A stretch of DNA of 64,000 nucleotides from Halarcobacter sp. (GTDB lineage Bacteria; Campylobacterota; Campylobacteria; Campylobacterales; Arcobacteraceae): positions 2,464,001 through 2,528,000 of the forward strand of contig OY781089.1 in the NCBI GenBank assembly GCA_963676565.1, in the 5' to 3' direction. The position numbers and the translations under genes were made by a program. Of this stretch, positions 27,072 through 36,486 are shown one piece after another. The notes beneath the pieces are model-generated. The model did no database searches and was not told the DNA's origin. It saw nothing but the letters and a program-made list of their open reading frames with translations. Every line of letters starts with the position of its first letter. Position 1 is the first letter of the stretch.

Positions 27072-28959
27072 ATTAAAAATGAGGGACATATCTCTTTTTA
27101 GTCTTTTAGCAATTGTTATAGGAATTACTTTAAGTAGTATCATTTTATATGTTTCCTTAAATAAGATTAAATCATTAAACAATCAATTAAAAGTATTTAC
27201 AAATACAAAAAATAGTTTTTTAGAGTTAAAACTAAATACTGAAGAAATTTTAACTACTAAAGATTTAGATGCAACTATCAAAAAATGGAATAGTTCAATT
27301 ACTAAATTTGAAAACGACTTTAAACACCTTGAAAGTGAACAAAAACAAAGCTTAGAAAACCCATGGTATATTAGTAAAAAAGAGATAGTTGATATAAATA
27401 AAATATTAAATAATAAACTTTTAATTCCTCAAAACCTAGATGAAAAATCTATATTATTTATACAAGGACAGATGTTTACCCTTGAAGATAAAAGTGAAAT
27501 TTATTTTGTAATAAGCTCACTAATTAAAAAATTAGAGTTTTTGTTTCAATATGAAAGAATTATTTTTGACGAGCTAGAACAAATTGATGGAAACTTTAAT
27601 AGCTATATTGAAAAACAAATAGATATTACAACATATTATTCAATTTTCTTTATTCTTTTAATTACACTTGCTACTATTTTTGTTATTGTTATTATGGATA
27701 GAAAAGTTGTAAAAATTGAATCTCAATTATTATCTGTACAAAAAAATCTAAGGGCAAGTTTAGTTGATTTAAAAGATTCAAGAGTGTTGTTGCAAAACAT
27801 AATTGATTCCACTCCTGCTGCAATATTTTGGAAAGACAAAAACAACAGGTATTTAGGTGTAAATAAATTGTTTTTGGAAAATGTAAATATAAAAGAATAT
27901 TCAGAGATTATTGGAAAAACAGATTTTGAGATGCCTTGGTCTAAAACTGAAGCTTCAAAATTCACTAAAGATGACAATGAGATTATGAATACAAAAACAC
28001 CTAAGATAAATATTGAAGAGACTTTAACAAACTATAAAGGTGAATTAATAAAATTACTAACATCAAAGGTTCCTTTACAAAATGCCAATGGTGAGATTAT
28101 AGGTATACTTGGAATATATATTGATATAACAGAAAAAGAGAAGATAACTGAAGAATTATTTAAAAAAGATAAACTTTTAGCTCAAAGTTCAAAGATGGCT
28201 GCAATGGGAGAGATGCTTGAAAATATTGCACATCAATGGAGACAACCACTATCTTGTATACTAACAAGTGCTACAGGAATGAAACTAAAAAATGAATTTG
28301 ATCATTTAGACAAAGAGTTTTTAATCGAATCACTAGATGGAATTGAAAATTCAGTAAAACATTTAAATAGAACCATAGATGATTTCAGAAACTTTTACAA
28401 AGAAGATAAACAGAAGAAACTTTTTAGTACAAATGAAGTTTTTGAAAAAGCAATATCTTTAATAGAAGCAAAATTAAAAAATAAATCAATTGATATTATT
28501 ATTAATAGTTTTGATTCAAAAATATATGGCTTTGAAAATGAGTTCATACAGGTTTTAATGAATATATTAAATAACTCAATAGATGAATTTATTAAGATTA
28601 CACAAGAAAAAAAACTAATTTTTATAAATGTTAACAATGAAGAAACCTGTGAAAATAAAGTTTCAGAAAATATAGTTAATCAACCTTGTACAAAAATAGA
28701 AATTTATGATAATGCAGGTGGCATACCTGAAAATATTTTAGAAAAAGTTTTTGATGCATATTTTACAACTAAAGAAAATGAACAAGGTACAGGTATTGGA
28801 CTTTATATGTCAAAGCAAATAATTGAAAAAAATATGCAAGGTTCAATATCAATTCAAAATAAAGTTTTTGAATATGAATCAAAACAGTACACAGGTGCAG
28901 AATTTACTATACTTTTACCTTCAAATGAGTGCTTAATAAATGATATAAAAATTCATTAA
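27064..28959 (+). CDS. PAS-domain sensor histidine kinase
   Basis: Two TM; PAS (IFWKD...YLGVN...IIGKTDFEMPW...SKVPL...GILG...DIT); IAHQWRQPL; GTGIGLYM; overlaps the SBP stop. Confidence 0.9.
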   Translation: MSELKMRDISLFSLLAIVIGITLSSIILYVSLNKIKSLNNQLKVFTNTKNSFLELKLNTEEILTTKDLDATIKKWNSSITKFENDFKHLESEQKQSLENPWYISKKEIVDINKILNNKLLIPQNLDEKSILFIQGQMFTLEDKSEIYFVISSLIKKLEFLFQYERIIFDELEQIDGNFNSYIEKQIDITTYYSIFFILLITLATIFVIVIMDRKVVKIESQLLSVQKNLRASLVDLKDSRVLLQNIIDSTPAAIFWKDKNNRYLGVNKLFLENVNIKEYSEIIGKTDFEMPWSKTEASKFTKDDNEIMNTKTPKINIEETLTNYKGELIKLLTSKVPLQNANGEIIGILGIYIDITEKEKITEELFKKDKLLAQSSKMAAMGEMLENIAHQWRQPLSCILTSATGMKLKNEFDHLDKEFLIESLDGIENSVKHLNRTIDDFRNFYKEDKQKKLFSTNEVFEKAISLIEAKLKNKSIDIIINSFDSKIYGFENEFIQVLMNILNNSIDEFIKITQEKKLIFINVNNEETCENKVSENIVNQPCTKIEIYDNAGGIPENILEKVFDAYFTTKENEQGTGIGLYMSKQIIEKNMQGSISIQNKVFEYESKQYTGAEFTILLPSNECLINDIKIH

Positions 28960-28985
28960 ATTTTTCTATTAAAAGTATCAAATAC

Positions 28986-29016
28986 ACACTTTTTACATAC
29001 TTTAGTGTTATATTAT
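28986..29016 (+). promoter_or_regulatory. Direct repeat ACACTT-N5-ATACTT, 8 nt before TATTAT, upstream of aspA
   Basis: Matches the element at 22081-22111. Confidence 0.5.
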
Positions 29017-29051
29017 TAAATAACAAATTTCTACAATAAGACTAAAGGGAA

Positions 29052-30476
29052 ATGATGAAAAAGTCAAAAGAGTTTGAAGAAAACTTTAGAATAGAAAAAG
29101 ATTTTTTAGGTGAAAAAGAGATAGAAAAAGATGCTTATTATGGTATCCAGACACTAAGAGCAAGTGAAAACTTTGATATAACTCATACTAGTTTATCTTT
29201 ATTTCCAACATTTATAAAATCTATCGCAAAAGTAAAAAAAGCTTGTGCCTTAACAAACTATGAGTTAGGTGATTTAACAATTCAACAAAAAGATGCAATT
29301 ATTCAAGCGTGTAATGAGATTATTGATGGGAAATATCATGATCAATTTATAGTTGATCCTATCCAAGGTGGAGCAGGAACTTCAACGAATATGAACGCAA
29401 ATGAAGTAATAGCAAATAGAGCCTTAGAAATTCTTGGTGAAAAAAGAAGTTCATATGAAATTATTCATCCAAATAATCATATAAACATGTCTCAATCTAC
29501 AAATGATGTTTATCCAACAGCGATTAAGATTACCTTACATGAATTAATATATAAATTAAAAGATTCACTTAGATATTTAAGAGATAGTTTTGATGAGAAA
29601 GCAATTGAGTTTAAAGATGTACTTAAAATGGGTAGAACACAACTTCAAGATGCAGTTCCTATGACCTTAGGTCAAGAGTTTAAAACATATGCAGTTATGG
29701 TAAATGAAGATATAAATAGATTAAAAGATTGTCAAACTTTACTAAAAGAGGTAAATCTTGGAGCAACTGCAATTGGAACAGGAATAAATACAAAAGCAAA
29801 ATACCAAAGAAGAGTTATAAGTAATCTAAGAGAGGTTACTGGAGTTGATTATATTAGTGCTGGTGACTTAATTGAAGCAACACAAGATACAGGTGTATTT
29901 GTTCATATTTCAGGTGTTTTAAAAAGAGTAGCAATCAAAATTTCTAAAGTTTGTAATGACTTAAGACTTTTAAGTTCTGGTCCAAGAGCAGGATTAAATG
30001 AGATTAATCTTCCTAAAATGCAACCAGGTAGTTCAATTATGCCAGGAAAAGTAAATCCTGTAATTCCAGAAGTTGTAAATCAAGTTGCCTTTGAGGTAAT
30101 TGGTGCAGATACAACTATTTCTATTGCTTGTGAAGGGGGACAATTACAATTAAATGTATTTGAACCATTAGTTGCATATAAATTATTTACTTCAATTAAT
30201 ATAATGAGAAGATCTTTTGATACACTTGCAGATAAATGTATTAAAGGGATAACTGCAAACGAAGATGTTTGTATGGAAAATATTTTAAATTCAGTTACAA
30301 TAGTAACTTGTTTAAATCCAATACTTGGATATGAGAAAAGTTCAGCATTAGCAAAAGAAGCACTAGCAACAAATAAAAGAATATATGATATTATTTTAGA
30401 ACAAGAACTATTTACAAAAGAAGAATTAGATAAACTTCTACATCCAAAAAATATGGTAACAAACTATCAAGGGTAA
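29052..30476 (+). CDS. aspA: Aspartate ammonia-lyase
   Basis: YYGIQTLRA.ENF, QGGAGTSTNMNANEV, SQSTNDVYPT, KMGRTQLQDA, GSSIMPGKVNP, QLQLNVFEP. Confidence 0.95.
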   Translation: MMKKSKEFEENFRIEKDFLGEKEIEKDAYYGIQTLRASENFDITHTSLSLFPTFIKSIAKVKKACALTNYELGDLTIQQKDAIIQACNEIIDGKYHDQFIVDPIQGGAGTSTNMNANEVIANRALEILGEKRSSYEIIHPNNHINMSQSTNDVYPTAIKITLHELIYKLKDSLRYLRDSFDEKAIEFKDVLKMGRTQLQDAVPMTLGQEFKTYAVMVNEDINRLKDCQTLLKEVNLGATAIGTGINTKAKYQRRVISNLREVTGVDYISAGDLIEATQDTGVFVHISGVLKRVAIKISKVCNDLRLLSSGPRAGLNEINLPKMQPGSSIMPGKVNPVIPEVVNQVAFEVIGADTTISIACEGGQLQLNVFEPLVAYKLFTSINIMRRSFDTLADKCIKGITANEDVCMENILNSVTIVTCLNPILGYEKSSALAKEALATNKRIYDIILEQELFTKEELDKLLHPKNMVTNYQG

Positions 30477-30492
30477 AAATTTAAGGAATAAA

Positions 30493-30987
30493 ATGAATAT
30501 AACTATTATAAATACCGGCGGAACATTTAATAAAAGATATAACCCTATAAAAGGACAGCTTGAAGTACCAAGTGATAACATAGCATTAGACAAGATTACA
30601 CAATCTTGTCATAATGTAGATTTTGAAATCAAAAACGTTGTTTCAAAAGATAGTCTTGATATGACAGATATCGATAGACAAGCTATAACTGATGCTGTAG
30701 TAGAATCTAAGAACGAAAAAATTATAATAATTCATGGAACAGATACTGTTGATTTAACATCTGCATTTTTAAAAGAACAAGTGAAAAATAAGAAAATTGT
30801 TTTTACAGGAGCAATGGTTCCAATGAGCATAGATGAAGTTGAAGCAACAATGAACTTCTCAATGGCATTAGGTTTTTTAAATGCAGATATTAATGATGGA
30901 ATATACTTAGCTATGCATGGTGTTGTTGTTGATGCAAGTAAACTAAAAAAAGATAAATCTGTTGGTAAATTTTTAATTCAAGAATAA
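30493..30987 (+). CDS. Short-chain asparaginase (N-terminal catalytic domain only)
   Basis: TGGTF, KDSLDM, HGTDT and FTGAMVP motifs; 164 aa. Confidence 0.85.
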   Translation: MNITIINTGGTFNKRYNPIKGQLEVPSDNIALDKITQSCHNVDFEIKNVVSKDSLDMTDIDRQAITDAVVESKNEKIIIIHGTDTVDLTSAFLKEQVKNKKIVFTGAMVPMSIDEVEATMNFSMALGFLNADINDGIYLAMHGVVVDASKLKKDKSVGKFLIQE

Positions 30988-30989
30988 TA

Positions 30990-31091
30990 ATGGAAAATTT
31001 AGAGAATGAACTAATAAGTTTTGGTATAATTGCATTAGTAGTGTTACTTTTAGCATACTTAACAAAGAAAAAAGAAGATAGTTTCAAGTAA
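30990..31091 (+). CDS. Putative 33-aa single-pass membrane protein (MENLENELISFGIIALVVLLLAYLTKKKRDSFK)
   Basis: ATG 2 nt after the asparaginase stop; hydrophobic helix then KKKR; not in the ORF track. Confidence 0.55.
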   Translation: MENLENELISFGIIALVVLLLAYLTKKKEDSFK

Positions 31092-31160
31092 TATTTAATT
31101 TTTTACTTTTTTTAATTTTTTTCTTGTATAATCCCTTCAAAAAAGGCTTTAGGATGGGAT

Positions 31161-32510
31161 ATGTATAAATTTTACTTATACTTATTATTACTCTCTACGT
31201 ATGGTTTATCTCAAACAATAAACTATGAAGAAGTGGTCTTTCAAACCTTAGAAAACAATAATAAACTTAAGCTTCAAGAATTAAATATTGAAGCTTCAAA
31301 ATTAGATATACAAAAGGTTAATGGTTTATCCTATGGTAAACTTGAATTAAACCATGAAGTGATGAGAACAAATCATCCTGGATATGTTTTTAACTCAAAA
31401 TTATCATCAAGGGAAGCTTCTTTTAATGATTTTGGAGCTTTAGAGTTTACTGGTCCTTCAGCAATCAATGTTATACCAGATAATCTAAATAATCCAGAAT
31501 CAATAAACAATTTTACTACAAAAGTAACATATGATTTACCACTCTTTACAGGGTTTAAACTCTCAAATCAAGAAGAACTTTTAAAAATTAAAAACCAAGC
31601 TCAAATATTAAAACTGACACTTGATAAAAGAGCTTTAGAGTTTGAAGTTTTAAAAGCTTATAATGGTGCAGTTGTCGCGAAAGAGTTTATAGAAGCTACA
31701 AAACAAGCTAAAAATGCTGTTTCTCAATTTGCAAAATCAGCAAATGAATTTTATAAAGAAGGTTTAGTTACTAAAATTGATACTAAACAAGCAAAAGTTC
31801 AAGAATTAAAAGTTCAAAGCAAAGTTACCCAAGCCCAAAATAAATTTGATATTGCAATTGCATATTTAAGATTTTTAAGTTCCAATGAACAACTATCAAA
31901 TGTTAAATCCCTAAAACTTTTTAGATTAAATGATAAAAACCTAAAATCATTATACAAAGAGGCAATTGATAATAGAGTTGATTTAAAAATGCTTGATATT
32001 TCAAAAGATGCTATGGAAAAAAATGTTGATTTAAATAAATCCTCTTTTTACCCAAATATCTACTCTCACTTGGAATATGGGTTTAATGACAATACACTAA
32101 ATTTTGATTCTTCAAAAGACTATTATATGGGTTTATTGGGAGTTAAATATACTATTTTTGACACAACTAGAAATGTAGATTTACAAAAAAGTAAAATAGA
32201 ACTAAATAAAACAAAACTAAATCTAAATCAACTACAAGATGCAATTAAATTAGAATTAGAAAAAGCTTTTTTAAATCTAAAGGCAAAGGAAAAAATATAT
32301 CTAGAAAAAATAGAAGCAAAAGAGCTATCTTATGAAGTTTTAGAGCAATCTAAACTTATGTATAAAAATCAATTAATATCAATGACTGAACTTTTAAAAC
32401 AAGAGGCATCATATAGAGAGAATGAAGCAGAATTGATAATGGCTAGCTATGAAAAATCTATTGCTCAAGCAAGATTAAAACTTGCCCTTGGAAAAAGTTT
32501 AAGAGATTAA
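31161..32510 (+). CDS. TolC family outer-membrane efflux protein
   Basis: Signal peptide, helical repeats, PLFTGF, Y.EGL.TK.D, YP...; first gene of an OMF-MFP-RND operon. Confidence 0.85.
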   Translation: MYKFYLYLLLLSTYGLSQTINYEEVVFQTLENNNKLKLQELNIEASKLDIQKVNGLSYGKLELNHEVMRTNHPGYVFNSKLSSREASFNDFGALEFTGPSAINVIPDNLNNPESINNFTTKVTYDLPLFTGFKLSNQEELLKIKNQAQILKLTLDKRALEFEVLKAYNGAVVAKEFIEATKQAKNAVSQFAKSANEFYKEGLVTKIDTKQAKVQELKVQSKVTQAQNKFDIAIAYLRFLSSNEQLSNVKSLKLFRLNDKNLKSLYKEAIDNRVDLKMLDISKDAMEKNVDLNKSSFYPNIYSHLEYGFNDNTLNFDSSKDYYMGLLGVKYTIFDTTRNVDLQKSKIELNKTKLNLNQLQDAIKLELEKAFLNLKAKEKIYLEKIEAKELSYEVLEQSKLMYKNQLISMTELLKQEASYRENEAELIMASYEKSIAQARLKLALGKSLRD

Positions 32511-32523
32511 AGGATTATAAGTA

Positions 32524-33297
32524 ATGAATAAAAAGTTAATAACTCTAATAATATTTTTAGCAAGTGTAATGAACTTAAATGCACTTGAATTAAGTGGGAC
32601 GGTGATTTCGGATAATGAAAAAATTATCACAAGTAGATATATGGGATTTATTAAAAAAGTATATGTAAGTGAAGGTGACTTTGTTAAAAAGGGGCAGCTT
32701 TTATATAAAATAGATTCATCAAATATTGATAGTTTAAAACGGGAAGCTCAATTAAATCTTCAAATCCAAGAAAACAATTTTAACAATGTAAAAACAAACT
32801 ATGAAAGATATAAAAGATTATATGAAAAAGATTTAGTTCCAAAATATGATGTTGAACAACTAGAACTAAAACTAAAAAATATAAAAAATATGATAGCAAT
32901 AGCAAAGGCAAAACTAAAAGAGGTAAAATCTCAATATAACTACTTAAAAATAGTAGCGCCAAATGATGGACTAATTATTAAAAAAAGTATCAAAAGTGGT
33001 GAGATGGCTATGCCTTCAAGTCCTGCTATTATTCTTTCTGATTTAAATTCACTTAAAATTAAAACTGATATTAGTGAAAGTAATTTAAAAAAAATAAAAA
33101 TTGGAAAAGAAGTAGAGGTTCAAATTGAATCATTAAATTTAAATACAAAAGGAAAGGTTGCCTCAATAATTCCAAATGTACAAAACATGACTCACTCTTT
33201 TACAATAAAAATCTCTTTTGATTCAAAAGGAATGAATATCTATCCAGGTATGTATTCAAAAATATTCATTAAAGTGGATGAGAATGGAAAACAATAA
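32524..33297 (+). CDS. RND efflux periplasmic adaptor (MFP)
   Basis: G.IKKVYVSEGDFVKKGQLL lipoyl-like motif, I.AP.DG.I, YPGMY. Confidence 0.9.
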   Translation: MNKKLITLIIFLASVMNLNALELSGTVISDNEKIITSRYMGFIKKVYVSEGDFVKKGQLLYKIDSSNIDSLKREAQLNLQIQENNFNNVKTNYERYKRLYEKDLVPKYDVEQLELKLKNIKNMIAIAKAKLKEVKSQYNYLKIVAPNDGLIIKKSIKSGEMAMPSSPAIILSDLNSLKIKTDISESNLKKIKIGKEVEVQIESLNLNTKGKVASIIPNVQNMTHSFTIKISFDSKGMNIYPGMYSKIFIKVDENGKQ

Positions 33298-34816
33298 TTT
33301 AAATATTGCAGGAAGACTTGCACAAGTTTTTATTGACCACCCTTTAACTTTTATATTAGGGGTATTTACTTTAATTTTAGGAATATTATCTTTAGAGTTT
33401 ATGCCAAGGGAAGAAAACCCACAAATAAAAGTAAGTGGGGGTGCTGTAATTGTCGCCCTACCAGGAGCAAAACCAAGTGAAATAAAAAAAGTAATAATTG
33501 AGCCTTTAGAAAAGAAAATAAAAGAGATTAAAGGTGTTGAACATATCTATTCTTATGCAAAAGATTCTGTTGGTATAGTTCAAGTACAATACTACATTGG
33601 AGAAGATAAAGAGGAATCAAATCTAAAACTTTATGATCAAATAATGAGAAATATAGATATGCTTCCCAAAGGAGCTATGCAACCTATTGTTAAAACTATG
33701 GATATAGATACAGATATACCCATTGCTACAATAGCTTTTTATCCAAATGAAAAAAAGATTTCTCAAACTGAACTTTTTAATGAAATAAATAAAATAGCCT
33801 TTGAGATAAATAAAATTGATCAAGTTGCCCTTGTGGACTTAAAGGGAGAAAGAAAAGATCAATACAATATTGAAGTAGATTCTAGCAAGTTATCAGCATA
33901 TAATTTATCCCTTGGACAAATTGCAAAACAAATTAAAGCCTTGTCCCTAACTACACCAAATATGGTATCTGATAACTTACAAGATTCACTAACTGTTTTA
34001 AGTATAAAAAATGCTATTGAAACAAAAGAGGACTTAGAAAATATAATCATTTCATACAATTTTGATACGCCAATTTATTTAAAAGAAGTTGCAAAAATCA
34101 CTAGAAGTTTTGATATACAAAATAAAAAAGAAGCTCTTATTTATACAAAGGAGCATAAAGAAGGTTTAAATCAAGTGACCTTAACAGTATCAAAACTAAA
34201 AGGTGCAAACTCTGTTACTATAAATGAAAAGATTTTTGAATACATTAATTCAATAAAAACTGATTTAGAAAAGAAAAATATAAAAATGGTAATTACAAGA
34301 GATGATGGGTATACAGCAAATAATGCTGTTAATTCTTTAGTTCAAAATTTACTTATCTCTATTTTGATTATTGCCATACTACTTATATTTTCTTTAGGGT
34401 TTAAAGAAGCAATGATTGTATCACTTCTTGTTCCATCAATTTTGTCAATCACCCTTTTTGTAGGTTTTATGATTGATGAAACTATAAATAGAATCACTTT
34501 ATTTGCATTAATTGTAAGTCTTGGGATGCTTGTTGATGCAGCAATTATTGTAATTGAAAATATAGTTAGACATAAAAAAGAAGATGGTGGTAAAACTGAT
34601 ATTAAAACTATTTCAATTGAAGCTACAAATGAAATTGGAAATGCCACAAATATTGCGACAATAGCTATTATTATGACATTTATTCCTATGTATTTTGTAG
34701 GGGGAATGATGGGGCAATTTATGCACCCTCTTCCAGTATTTGTTCCTATTGCTCTAATAGTTTCACTAATTGTAGCTTATATTTTTACACCATATTTTGT
34801 AAAAAAATTTTTATAA
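33284..34816 (+). CDS. RND permease, N-terminal half (TM1-6 plus first periplasmic domain)
   Basis: PREENPQI, PGA.P.E, INRITLFALI.SLGMLVDAAI.VIEN, GGMMGQFM; start ATG 33284 or 33278. Confidence 0.87.
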   Translation: MENNNLNIAGRLAQVFIDHPLTFILGVFTLILGILSLEFMPREENPQIKVSGGAVIVALPGAKPSEIKKVIIEPLEKKIKEIKGVEHIYSYAKDSVGIVQVQYYIGEDKEESNLKLYDQIMRNIDMLPKGAMQPIVKTMDIDTDIPIATIAFYPNEKKISQTELFNEINKIAFEINKIDQVALVDLKGERKDQYNIEVDSSKLSAYNLSLGQIAKQIKALSLTTPNMVSDNLQDSLTVLSIKNAIETKEDLENIIISYNFDTPIYLKEVAKITRSFDIQNKKEALIYTKEHKEGLNQVTLTVSKLKGANSVTINEKIFEYINSIKTDLEKKNIKMVITRDDGYTANNAVNSLVQNLLISILIIAILLIFSLGFKEAMIVSLLVPSILSITLFVGFMIDETINRITLFALIVSLGMLVDAAIIVIENIVRHKKEDGGKTDIKTISIEATNEIGNATNIATIAIIMTFIPMYFVGGMMGQFMHPLPVFVPIALIVSLIVAYIFTPYFVKKFL

Positions 34817-34827
34817 GGAGATAATAG

Positions 34828-36486
34828 ATGAAATTAGAAAAATTTATTTATAATATTATTGAATCTCCTTCTAAATCAATGTTAGTTTATCTAATAACTT
34901 TAGGACTTTTTGCCCTTTCAATTGCAACATTTCCAACTGAGATTATAAAAGCAAAAATGCTTCCAAGTAAAGATTCTGATACCTTTTCTGTTTATGTTGA
35001 TTTAAAAGATGGAAGTTCAACAAAACAAACTAAAGAGGTAACTTCTTGTATCTCACAAAAACTTATATCAAAGGATATGGTGACAGATGTTTCTGTGTTT
35101 ATTGGTGAGGGGCAACCCCTTGATTTTGCAGCACTAGTTAAACAAAGTGCTTTAAAAGATAAAGAGTCTCAAGCTGAGATTATGGTAAATATCAAAAAAG
35201 CCCATAATAGAGATATACAAAGTTATAATTTTGTTAGTGAAGTTCGAGATGAATTACAAGATTGCTCAAAATATGATGCTAATATCAAACTAATAGAACT
35301 ACCTGCTGGACCACCTGTATTAGCATCAATAGTTGCAGAAATCTATGGTGGAAACTCTTTTGAAAGTAGAAGAGAATTTTCAAAAAAAATTGCAAAAATC
35401 TTAGAGGAACAAAAAACTTTAGTTGATGTTGATATCATGGCTGATGATGAGTATTCTAAATTTGAAATTGAATTGGATAATAACAAGATCATTAAAACAG
35501 GTATCTCTTTAGAACAAATTAAAAATGTACTTTTTATAGCTTATGAGGGAGTAACTTTATCAGTTGTTAATGAAAGTGATACAGAATCACAAGTTCCAAT
35601 TTTCTTAAGACTTGATAACTCAAGAGTTTTTAAATCTAATAGTGTTAACGATATATTAAATAAATTATCTACCCTTAAACTTATGAGTAAAAATGGTTTT
35701 TCTGTACCCCTTAGTGAGCTAATAAGTGTAAAAAAAGTGATTAAAGAACCAACTTTAACTTCAAAAAATTTAACACCTATGATAAATGTCATTGCTGAAA
35801 CAAATAAAGATAGTCAAATATACCCTCTATTAGACGCTAGAAATGCTTTTTTAAATGATTTTGATACAAACTATGAAGTAAGCAAATCTAATCTTTTAAA
35901 CCTAGAATTTAAAGATAAGAATACTGGTGAAAAATTTGAACTTGTATGGGATGGGGAGCTTAAAGTTACTATTGATACATTTATTGATTTAGGGGGAGCC
36001 TTTATTATTGCTTTAGTTTTAATATTTTTCCTAATGGTTATGTATTATAAATCTTTTGCAATCTCTGGTGGAATAGTATTAGCTTCATTTATCTCAATTA
36101 TTGGAGTTATCTTTGCACATATAATTATGGATTTAATTACAACTGATACATTCTATTTAACGGCAACTTCACTAATAGGATTTATTGGACTTATTGGTAT
36201 TAATTCAAGAAACTCTACATTAATTATAGATTTTTCTAAACAATTAGTTGAAGATAAGGGATTAACAATAAATCAAGCAATTGCAAGGGCAACTGCCACA
36301 AGATCAAAACCAATTATTCTTACAGTTTTAACTATGGTATTTGCTTCATCTTTACTTGCAACAGATGCAGTATTTGGAGGATTAGGAGTTGCACTTATTG
36401 GAGGAACATTAATCTCATATGTTGTCTCAATGTTTTTTGTTCCTGTAATTATTAGAAATCAGATGAAAAAAGTTATAAAAAACTAA
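34828..36486 (+). CDS. RND permease, C-terminal half (TM7-12 plus second periplasmic domain)
   Basis: Own RBS AAGGAG; MLP.KD, GPPV, WDGE, SLIGFI.L.GI..RNS.L.IDF, RSKPIILT. Confidence 0.87.
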   Translation: MKLEKFIYNIIESPSKSMLVYLITLGLFALSIATFPTEIIKAKMLPSKDSDTFSVYVDLKDGSSTKQTKEVTSCISQKLISKDMVTDVSVFIGEGQPLDFAALVKQSALKDKESQAEIMVNIKKAHNRDIQSYNFVSEVRDELQDCSKYDANIKLIELPAGPPVLASIVAEIYGGNSFESRREFSKKIAKILEEQKTLVDVDIMADDEYSKFEIELDNNKIIKTGISLEQIKNVLFIAYEGVTLSVVNESDTESQVPIFLRLDNSRVFKSNSVNDILNKLSTLKLMSKNGFSVPLSELISVKKVIKEPTLTSKNLTPMINVIAETNKDSQIYPLLDARNAFLNDFDTNYEVSKSNLLNLEFKDKNTGEKFELVWDGELKVTIDTFIDLGGAFIIALVLIFFLMVMYYKSFAISGGIVLASFISIIGVIFAHIIMDLITTDTFYLTATSLIGFIGLIGINSRNSTLIIDFSKQLVEDKGLTINQAIARATATRSKPIILTVLTMVFASSLLATDAVFGGLGVALIGGTLISYVVSMFFVPVIIRNQMKKVIKN

